Part shown: one piece after another, positions 32,781 through 39,798 of the stretch | How positions within the stretch are numbered: position 1 is the first letter of the stretch | How the letters are laid out: each line of letters opens with the position of its first letter | NCBI GenBank assembly: GCA_020847075.1 | Contig: JADLCS010000050.1 | Span: forward strand, 2,026 to 66,025 | From: Gammaproteobacteria bacterium | GTDB taxonomy: Bacteria; Pseudomonadota; Gammaproteobacteria; SZUA-140 | DNA: 64,000 bases | Direction: 5' to 3' | Notes under the pieces: model-generated | What the model saw: only the letters and a program-made list of their open reading frames with translations | Database searches by the model: none | What the model was told of the DNA's origin: nothing | Position numbers and translations under genes: made by a program

Positions 32781-33118
32781 CGACCGTGCAACGAATACAG
32801 CGCCTGCAGCACCCACAGACCGGCGCCAGCGAGGACCAGCGCCGTCACCGCGAGCAGGGCGAGACGCAGGGACAGCGCGCCCGCATAGTCGATGATGACG
32901 TCGCGCATGCCGACCCAGGCATGCAGCAGGAGGGCGCCGAAGAACAGTGCGGTGGCCAGCCCGACGAAGGGATCGGCCATCCAGGCGCGCCAGGCGTCAT
33001 AGGAAGCGGGCGGCGCAATGGCGCAGGCCGCTGCGACGAACAGGGTATATGCCAGCAGGTACACCGCGCTCAGGCGCTGCCACAACCATGCGCGCAATCC
33101 CCGGGCGCGGCGGTTCAC
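32777..33118 (-). CDS. sdhD: Succinate dehydrogenase membrane anchor subunit
   Basis: GTG at 33118 overlaps the sdhC stop (GTGA). The 113-aa hydrophobic product ends ...LWVLQALYSLHGR. Confidence 0.75.
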   Translation of the reverse strand: MNRRARGLRAWLWQRLSAVYLLAYTLFVAAACAIAPPASYDAWRAWMADPFVGLATALFFGALLLHAWVGMRDVIIDYAGALSLRLALLAVTALVLAGAGLWVLQALYSLHGR

Positions 33119-33498
33119 GGCAGCAGCAGGGCCGCGCCCAGCATGGCGGCCACGCCTCCGGCCAGCACCGCCCAGGCGCTCGCTCGCGCGCCGCGCAGCG
33201 TGACCCCGATGTCGAGATCGATGAGCAGAAACCGGACCCCGGCCAGCACATGATGCGCGAAGGCCCAGACCAGCAGGAGCAGACCGACGCGCGCGCCCGC
33301 GTCCCGCGACAGTGCGACCACCTCGGCGTAGCCCCGCGCGTCCGCCAGCGAGCGGTCGAACAGATACGCTAGCAGAGGAATCGACAGCACCAGCAGGACA
33401 CCGCTGAGACGATGCCCCAGGGACAGTATGGCCATCACCGGAAAATGGATGCGGGTCAGCGTCAGGAAGACGGGGCGTTTGGCGTTGGGCGCTGTCAC
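33115..33498 (-). CDS. sdhC: Succinate dehydrogenase cytochrome b556 subunit
   Basis: RPVFLTLTRIHFPVMAILSLGHRLSGV is the SdhC signature. Three TM helices. Confidence 0.88.
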   Translation of the reverse strand: MTAPNAKRPVFLTLTRIHFPVMAILSLGHRLSGVLLVLSIPLLAYLFDRSLADARGYAEVVALSRDAGARVGLLLLVWAFAHHVLAGVRFLLIDLDIGVTLRGARASAWAVLAGGVAAMLGAALLLP

Positions 33499-33606
33499 GC
33501 CGCCTAGTGTAGCTCAGTCCTCCCCTTCCCACATCCTTACACCCGCGCCTGAATTCCGTTATGATCAGCGGTCCGATCCATCGATCCCGACAGGTCCGCG
33601 ATCCGC

Positions 33607-34650
33607 ATGAATCCACGCTGGAACGATTTTCTTCTCGAGGCCGGCGCCCGGATCGCCGGGGATCGCGTCGAGGACTTCGGAAATCCCTCGCGCGAACTGC
33701 AGGCCTCCGCCAGCGGCGACGTCATCGCGGACCTGAGCCATCGCGGCCTGATCCGCGTCCATGGGGCGGATGCCGCGAAGTTCCTGCAGGGACAGCTCAC
33801 CAACGACATCCACCTCGTCGACGAGGACCGCAGCCAGCTCAGCGGCTACTGCAGCCCCAAGGGGCGCCTGCTCGCCCTGCCGCGTGTGTTCCGTCGCGAC
33901 GACGCCTATTACCTGCAACTCCCGCGCGACCTGCTCGAGGTCACGCTGGCGCGCCTGAAGAAGTATGTGCTCATCTCCAAGGTCACGCTGGAAGACGCCG
34001 GCGAGGCGCTCATCGGCCTCGGCCTCGCCGGGCCGCGCGCCGCCGCGATCCTCGCGGACCTCGTCCCGCACGTCCCGGCGGGGCCCGATTCCGTCCGTCG
34101 CGGCGGCGACCTGAGTATATTGCGCCTGCCGGGCGGGCGGCCGCGTTTCGCCCTGTACGGCCCGGTCGCGGCGATGGAACAGGCCTGGACGGCGCTGGCC
34201 GCCCATGCCGCGCCGGTCGGCGCCGGGGCCTGGGACCGTTACGACATCCTGGCCGGGATCCCCGACATCCGCCCCGCCACGATCGATGAGTTCATCCCCC
34301 AGACCGTGAACCTCGAGCTGCTCGATGGGATCAATTTCAAGAAGGGCTGCTACACCGGCCAGGAGATCATCGCGCGCCTGCATTACCGCGGCAGCGTGAA
34401 ACGACGGATGTACCTCGGCCGCGCCGACGTGGAACCGGCGCCCGCACCGGGAACCCCGCTGTACGCCGCCGGGGGCGACGGCCAAGCCGTCGGCCATGTC
34501 GTTTCGGCCTGCCCCGCACCCGCCGGCGGCTCCGAACTGCTGGCCGTGGTCGCGGTCGAGCATTCCTCCGACAATACCCTGTATATAAAAGACAATCCTG
34601 AAGACCTGGTTACCCTGAGCCCCCCCGAGGGCCTGCCGCCCTTCGCCTGA
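33607..34650 (+). CDS. ygfZ: Folate-binding Fe-S cluster repair / tRNA-modification protein YgfZ
   Basis: LIRVHGADAAKFLQGQLTNDI and ...NFKKGCYTGQEIIARLHYRG are the YgfZ/CAF17 KGCYxGQE motif. Confidence 0.9.
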   Translation: MNPRWNDFLLEAGARIAGDRVEDFGNPSRELQASASGDVIADLSHRGLIRVHGADAAKFLQGQLTNDIHLVDEDRSQLSGYCSPKGRLLALPRVFRRDDAYYLQLPRDLLEVTLARLKKYVLISKVTLEDAGEALIGLGLAGPRAAAILADLVPHVPAGPDSVRRGGDLSILRLPGGRPRFALYGPVAAMEQAWTALAAHAAPVGAGAWDRYDILAGIPDIRPATIDEFIPQTVNLELLDGINFKKGCYTGQEIIARLHYRGSVKRRMYLGRADVEPAPAPGTPLYAAGGDGQAVGHVVSACPAPAGGSELLAVVAVEHSSDNTLYIKDNPEDLVTLSPPEGLPPFA

Positions 34651-34871
34651 GCCCCGCGCCGGCCCCACCGGTGGTGAAAGCCTGGCGCGTATCTTGCTAT
34701 CAAGTTATGGCGGACACGCCGATAGCCTAGGATCTGTCTCAAAATCGGCCTGAGTGAAAAGACGGGGTCATTCCCATACTCGCGGAAACGACAGCGTGAG
34801 TATCGATGCCAACAGGCATTTCCGATCCCGAGACAGGCTCCAGACACGTTCACCCATAACCGACGCGCGCC

Positions 34872-35723
34872 ATGGCCTCACAGCAAATCGAAATCTTCTG
34901 GAACGATCTGGTCGCGGACATCCGCACCAACCGGGTAATCCTGCCGGCCTTGCCAGAGATCGCGCTCAAGACCCGCAAACTCCTGGAGGACCGCAACGTC
35001 ACCACCAGCCAGATCGCGCGCGTGATCGGCGCGGACGCGGTGCTGACCACCCGCCTGCTCCGTGTCGTGAACAGCCCGCTCTACCGCACCCAGGACCCGA
35101 TCGAGGACGTCCGCACCGCGATCACCCGCCTCGGCAACAGCAATGTGCGCAGCGTGGTGACCAGCCTGGCCATGGAGCAGCTCTATCAGAGCAAGCTCGC
35201 CTCCCCGCTCAAGCGCAAGCTGCTCGCGCGTAACTGGGAACACAGCGTGCATGTCGCGGCGCTCAGCTACATCATCGCGGACAATTACACGCCGCTGAAC
35301 GCCGACGAGGCCATGCTGGCCGGGCTGGTGCACAACATCGGGGAACTGCCGATCCTGGAATACGCCGAACTGCTGCCCGACATCGCGGCGGACGAGACCG
35401 CGCTGAACCGCCTGCTCGAGGTACTGCATACGCGGGTCGGCGCGCTGGTGCTGGGGAGCTGGAAATTCCCCCGCGAACTGATCACCGCGGCGGCGGAACA
35501 CGAGGACCTCGCGCGCGAGCCGGGCACCGACGCCGATTACACCGACGTGGTGATCGTGGCCAATCTGCTCAGCTACATCGGCAGCGACCACCCCTACACC
35601 AAGCTCGACTGGTCCGCGATCCCCGCCTTCGGGCGGCTCGCCCTCACGCCCGAGGAGAGCATCGCCGCGATGCGGAACGCGCGCGAACAGATCCACGAGA
35701 TCAAACAACTGCTGGCGGGCTAG
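34872..35723 (+). CDS. HDOD domain signalling protein
   Basis: ILPALPEIALKTRKLLEDRNVTTSQIARVIGADAVLTTRLLRVVNSPLY is a typical HDOD N-terminus. Confidence 0.85.
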   Translation: MASQQIEIFWNDLVADIRTNRVILPALPEIALKTRKLLEDRNVTTSQIARVIGADAVLTTRLLRVVNSPLYRTQDPIEDVRTAITRLGNSNVRSVVTSLAMEQLYQSKLASPLKRKLLARNWEHSVHVAALSYIIADNYTPLNADEAMLAGLVHNIGELPILEYAELLPDIAADETALNRLLEVLHTRVGALVLGSWKFPRELITAAAEHEDLAREPGTDADYTDVVIVANLLSYIGSDHPYTKLDWSAIPAFGRLALTPEESIAAMRNAREQIHEIKQLLAG

Positions 35724-35807
35724 AAAAAAGGGGTCAGTACCCTTTTCTAAACAGGGACGAGCGAAACAGCCCCACGAAGCTGACGAAAAGGGTACTGGCC
35801 CTTTTTT
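35724..35807. repeat. Inverted pair of GGGGTCAG-type palindromes (bidirectional terminator-like)
   Basis: AAAAAGGGGTCAGTACCCTTTTC (35724-35747) and GAAAAGGGTACTGGCCCTTTTTT (35785-35807) are near reverse complements. They lie between convergent genes. Confidence 0.6.
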
Positions 35808-35818
35808 CAACCCCCTTT

Positions 35819-36592
35819 TCAGCGGAACGGCGCGCCGAGTACCCACACCACCAGGGAATACCGGACCCCCGTGGTGACCGGCGTCACCTGATGATAGACG
35901 TAGGACGGAAACACGATCATCGACCCCTGCGGCCGGATCTCCTCGCACTCGTGGTAGCGCTCGCGATGGCGCACGTGCGGACCGAAATCGAACTTGAGGT
36001 TCCCGCCCTCATAGGCACCGGGCTCGTTCAAGTTCAGCGTCATGCTGAGCTTCCTGACCTTACCGATCATACCGGGGTTGTCGATCGTATTGGGGGGCGG
36101 CCGCCCGTCCACCAGCGGCGTAACACCCGGCTCGAACCTGCGATAGGCGCCGTTGTGGCAGGTGAAACCGTCGGTATGCCAGCCGTAGAACCCGCCCGGC
36201 CGGTACACCGCGAATTGCATCGGCTCGGCGTAATCGACCTCGTATAACCAGCCCGCCCGCTGGTTGGCCTCGGCGATCAGCGGAAACAGCAGGTCGTAGA
36301 TCCACGCCTCGTTGAGAAAACAGACCTCGCTGTCGCGGATGTACTTCCCTTTCGTGGCCTCCTGCTGGGACGTGCCGGACGCCTGCGCCGCCTCTTCCAG
36401 CGTCCGGTCCGCCAGCGCGCTGGCGCCGGCATTGGCGGCGCCCTTCTGGGTACTGCCGAGCGTGACGCCGGTGGTCTCGACGCCCTGGGCCTTCAGTTGG
36501 GCCAGCACCTCCAGACCACGCGCCATGATCTTCTGGCAATTCTCCGGAGAGATCGCGCCCTTGAACCACCAATAGGGATGTACCGGAAGCAC
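35819..36592 (-). CDS. 2OG-Fe(II) oxygenase superfamily protein
   Basis: HxD (GWHTDGF), a distal His (SYVYHQVTPV) and RxS (GVRYSLVVW) are in the expected order. Confidence 0.75.
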   Translation of the reverse strand: MLPVHPYWWFKGAISPENCQKIMARGLEVLAQLKAQGVETTGVTLGSTQKGAANAGASALADRTLEEAAQASGTSQQEATKGKYIRDSEVCFLNEAWIYDLLFPLIAEANQRAGWLYEVDYAEPMQFAVYRPGGFYGWHTDGFTCHNGAYRRFEPGVTPLVDGRPPPNTIDNPGMIGKVRKLSMTLNLNEPGAYEGGNLKFDFGPHVRHRERYHECEEIRPQGSMIVFPSYVYHQVTPVTTGVRYSLVVWVLGAPFR

Positions 36593-36732
36593 GGTCTACC
36601 TGCGCCACCGAAACGGGGAGGAAACGCACATGGCTTTGTCCATATTTCCGCAATCCAGGGCAAAAAAGGGATACGACATAATCTACCAGAAAACCGCATA
36701 AACCGGGGATAGACCGCGGTCTCGGTGCCTCA

Positions 36733-36938
36733 GCCGTCAGTCATTACCGGCCTCCAGGATCTGCCCGGCAACACCCGCCTCCGGTTCCGGGCCACGTGCC
36801 AGACAGGAGCGAAAATGGCCTTCCCGCGCGGGGGCCAGCAACAGGTGCACATGGTTGGTCATCAGCACATAGACGTAGATCGCGCCGCCATGTTTCTCCG
36901 CTTGCTTCCGCAGGGTATCCGGGCAACGGGTTTTACCC
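36733..36938 (-). pseudogene. Remnant of a RAYT/IS200-like (Y1, HUH) transposase
   Basis: Minus-strand translation gives ...LRKQAEKHGGAIYVYVLMTNHVHLLLAPARE..., the HUH motif. The N-terminus is cut by the IS end at 36939, and a premature stop follows about 30 codons after HUH. Confidence 0.6.
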
Positions 36939-36989
36939 TGACCGTACCCCTGATTCTGTACTAATTATGATGTGGGAGACTTCATCATA

Positions 36990-37810
36990 TCAGGCCGTGA
37001 TCCGGGCAAATACTGCAGGCGGCTGGCTCCCTAGAGAACGGTGCGGCCGGACCTCATTGTAGTGGACGCGCCACGCCTCAATCGTCCTGCGAGCATCCCC
37101 CAAGTCATGGAACCAATGCAGATTAAGGCACTGATCCCGAAACTTCCCGTTGAAGCTCTCGACGAAGGCATTCTGCGTCGGCTTGCCGGGCTGAATAAAA
37201 TGTAATCTGACGCGGGTTCTCTGACTCAGAAGAACAGCGCTTTCCCTGTAAACTCAGGGCCATTGTCGCTGACGATCACCCGGGGCAGTCCCCGGCGGCT
37301 GGCGAGCTCATCGAGATAACGCGCAACCCGCGCTCCGGAGATCGAGACATCCACAATCTGCCCGACGCACTCGCGGGAATAGTCATCCACAATATTGAGA
37401 ACCCGAATCCGTCGGCCGCCCGCCAGCTGGTTGCTCACGAAGTCCATTGACCAGCGCTCGTTCAGCCGACCCGGGATGGTCATCGGAACCCGTGGCCTGG
37501 CCAGCTTCTTGCGGTGCTCGGTGCGCACCTGCAGGCCTTCCTCGCGGTAGAGCCGATATGTCCTCTTGCGATTCTGGACCAGTCCTTCGGCCTTGAGCAG
37601 GCCGTGCAAGGTCGGATAACCATACCTTGGATACTGCTCGGCCAGTGTCTTCAACCGGGTCCGCAGACACTCGTCACTGCGCCGGCACGAGGTGTACCGG
37701 TATACCGACCGGGGCACCCCCGCCAATCGACACGCCCGCCGCTCGGAAAGGCCTAGCGTCACCATCAGATGATCTGCCGCCTTCCTGCGCACGGCAGGCG
37801 TTACCATTTT
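36990..37810 (-). pseudogene. IS3 transposase OrfB (DDE integrase core), frameshifted
   Basis: LSERRACRLAGVPRSVYRY...WSMDFV...NIVDDYSRE...VSDNGPEFTGKAL, then a stop. The C-terminus HFIQPGKPTQNAFVESFNGKFRDQCLNLHWF...RPHRSLG continues in another frame, so an indel lies near 37226-37245. Confidence 0.85.
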
Positions 37811-38066
37811 CCCCGGGCGATCTCCTTCAGTGCCACGTTGTCGAGCAGACTGTCCGCGAGCAGACGCTTGAGCTTCGCATTCTCCTGCTCCAAGGCGCGC
37901 AATCGCTTGGCATCCGAGACCTCCAGACGCTGTACTTGGCCTTCCAGCGGTAGATCGACTGCTCACTCACCCCGTGACGTCTCGACAAATTCGGTACGGA
38001 GGCGCTAGCCTCATTCTCTTTCAGAATGCTGATGATCTTTTCTTCGGTGAACTGCTTGCGCTTCAT
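37801..38066 (-). pseudogene. IS3 transposase OrfA (HTH), frameshifted
   Basis: MKRKQFTEEKIISILKENEASASVPNLSRRHGVSEQSIYRWKAKY, then the frame is lost. The expected LEVSDAKRLRALEQENAKLKRLLADSLLDNVALKEIARGKW* is in the adjacent frame, so an indel lies near 37935. Confidence 0.8.
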
Positions 38067-38141
38067 CCTGGGACCCCCCCTCCAGCGTAATTATAAGGAA
38101 ATCCCACATCGATGATGGCCCGGATTACGGGGGTACGGTCA

Positions 38142-38216
38142 ATCTAAGCCAGCTTCTGCTGTGGCGAATAACAGTGCAGCCATCATGACTAGCACAGTGA
38201 TTAAATTGTATTTCAC
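38142..38216 (-). pseudogene. 5' stub of a second cassette ORF (signal-peptide-like), cut by the IS
   Basis: AGGGAG Shine-Dalgarno, then GTG at 38216: VKYNLITVLVMMAALLFATAEAGLD, which runs directly into the IS terminal repeat. Confidence 0.35.
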
Positions 38217-38235
38217 AGATATTCTCCCTATTGGC

Positions 38236-38299
38236 GCCTAACGACCGGCTTCAGGCGCGCGGCGCTTGCGCCGCGTCGCTCTGCAAGCCATAGTTAGCA
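38236..38299 (-). other. Integron attC recombination site
   Basis: The minus strand reads TGCTAAC(R'')-TAT-GGCTT[G]CAG[A]GCG[A]CGCGGC-loop-GCCGCGCGC-CTGAAGCC-GGTC-GTTAGGC(R'). It is an imperfect palindrome with three bulged bases. R' fits GTTRRRY. Confidence 0.7.
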
Positions 38300-39135
38300 C
38301 CTGCACTTGAATCTGCGGTTGGTGGGATTAGAAGGCAAGTCGGCCGAAGAAGGAGCAGATCCTCCCGAATCTCCTCATCAAGCGTCGCCATCGCCCCAAC
38401 CAATGAACCGTGAATCACATGATAACTGTCCAGCATCGAGTGTTCAGCCTTCTCAAGAAATACCCCCCCTTGAGAATCAGGAACCTTACCTTGATACCGA
38501 CCGAACAGGCGAAGGCTGCATAGGATCTGGCACTGCACCCATCGAAAGAATGCCCACTCAGGCGTAATTCTGTCGGGGCGAGGGGCATTTCGGGGAGCGT
38601 CCTCGTCCAAAAAGGAAGCGTAGATGCCCCTTATGAAATCTACATCTGTGGCGGTTCTCTGTCGGGCCTCCTTGATCGCGTTCGGAAACTCCTTCCACTC
38701 AATGCCGTTGATCTCAGGGAAAAACTGATGCACTATTGACCATCGCTCGATAAAACCACGCGTATCATCGCCAATTGTGCTTTTCCATTCCTCAAGATAC
38801 TGGAGCATTTGGCCATCGGGGATGAAAGATCCGTCCCGTAGTTTGTTACTGAATTGGAAAGCATCGTTCAACCGATGATCGACCACCGGCGTGCATGCGA
38901 TTTCCTGCTCTATCTCGAAGCGCAGAAGCGATCCGACGTTTGGTATAAGGTACACGGGGTTGGTTTTGTCAGGTAACTTCGAAAAGCAGCGCTGCTGACT
39001 TTCCGGTCGCGTTGTTATCAACTCGAAGAATAGTTCGTCGGATACCAATACGACATAATCTTCGCACAGCGCTCGCACAGCCTCAGTAGACGCTCCGTCG
39101 AGAAAGCTCTTATCCAATATAACGCTGATTTTCAT
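38251..39135 (-). CDS. Integron cassette ORF 2, unknown function (PIN-like N-terminus by motif only)
   Basis: 294-aa ORF with visibly lower G+C. Starts MKISVILDKSFLDGAS...VVLVSDELFFEL. Its last 15 codons lie inside the attC. It begins 18 nt after ORF 1. Confidence 0.7.
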   Translation of the reverse strand: MKISVILDKSFLDGASTEAVRALCEDYVVLVSDELFFELITTRPESQQRCFSKLPDKTNPVYLIPNVGSLLRFEIEQEIACTPVVDHRLNDAFQFSNKLRDGSFIPDGQMLQYLEEWKSTIGDDTRGFIERWSIVHQFFPEINGIEWKEFPNAIKEARQRTATDVDFIRGIYASFLDEDAPRNAPRPDRITPEWAFFRWVQCQILCSLRLFGRYQGKVPDSQGGVFLEKAEHSMLDSYHVIHGSLVGAMATLDEEIREDLLLLRPTCLLIPPTADSSAGANYGLQSDAAQAPRA

Positions 39136-39153
39136 GGGTCAGGTGTTACGCGG

Positions 39154-39681
39154 CTACATTCTCTTCCCAAAGCCATCGGTCTGATAGTGCCCAGCGCCAT
39201 AACAGTACACACAACTTTCTACTTCTCCTCTGCAGAAACAAACAACCGTATGTCTTTCATCTCTTCTTCTTTGTAGCTCCTCATCTGACATGGACACAGG
39301 GGCGGGCGTTGCTGCGCCAGAATCCGGTTTCGGTTCAGATTCCTGGTGGGTGGAAGCAATCTTCGCTGCAAGGGATTTGTTGTTTCTTATAAACTCAATC
39401 ACCCACTCGGTACTTATCAGTCTTCCCTTGTATTTGTCAGTCAACTCCGATGTCCGATGCCGGTATAGCTTGTAATGGTTCCACGGACGCGGGTCAAGTC
39501 CAGACCAACTTGCTTCAACTTCAAGTAGCACTCGCGTCCTAACACCCTTAGGGCAAATCTTTAGGAGCCGTCCGTCGGGCCAATATTCGTCTCCTTGGTA
39601 ATGGGCTTTGGAGCCAATGATAAAGGCTTCCATACCATTCTCCTCGGCAATTGTGCGAACTGTTTCTAGGAGTTTTTCCAT
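39154..39681 (-). CDS. Integron cassette ORF 1, unknown function (C-terminal CxxCxGxG zinc-ribbon motif)
   Basis: 175-aa ORF with lower G+C. C-terminal VVCFCRGEVESCVYCYGAGHY. An alternative start at 39633 (MEAFIIGS) has a GAGGAG Shine-Dalgarno. Confidence 0.7.
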   Translation of the reverse strand: MEKLLETVRTIAEENGMEAFIIGSKAHYQGDEYWPDGRLLKICPKGVRTRVLLEVEASWSGLDPRPWNHYKLYRHRTSELTDKYKGRLISTEWVIEFIRNNKSLAAKIASTHQESEPKPDSGAATPAPVSMSDEELQRRRDERHTVVCFCRGEVESCVYCYGAGHYQTDGFGKRM

Positions 39682-39685
39682 ATCA

Positions 39686-39798
39686 TGCTAACAGTTAATT
39701 AGACGGAGTCGGTGATATTGGTGATAGGCGGATTCTATGTAGCATCGGCATGCCTCCCCTCTTCGCCCGATTTCCAGTAGGATACCCTTAACCCTTTC
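39686..39798 (-). other. attI region with the attI/cassette junction GTTAGCA
   Basis: The 117-bp intI-cassette spacer. The minus strand has AACTGTTAGCATGAT immediately before the first cassette ATG. GTTAGCA (39692-39686) is the exact reverse complement of the attC R''. Confidence 0.5.

Larger units (their letters stand above)
36939..38141 (-). mobile_element. IS3-family (IS407-group-like) insertion sequence, decayed
   Basis: Terminal inverted repeats both start TGACCGTACCCC (36939-36950 and the reverse complement of 38141-38130), with a shared internal GATGTGGGA. orfA and orfB are present. Length 1203 bp. No flanking direct repeat (ACCC versus ATCT). Confidence 0.85.

Noticed and set aside
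38307-38567. 86-aa + strand ORF inside cassette ORF 2.
   Set aside because: It is antisense to the longer, better-supported 294-aa ORF. It has no ribosome-binding site and its orientation is opposite to cassette transcription.
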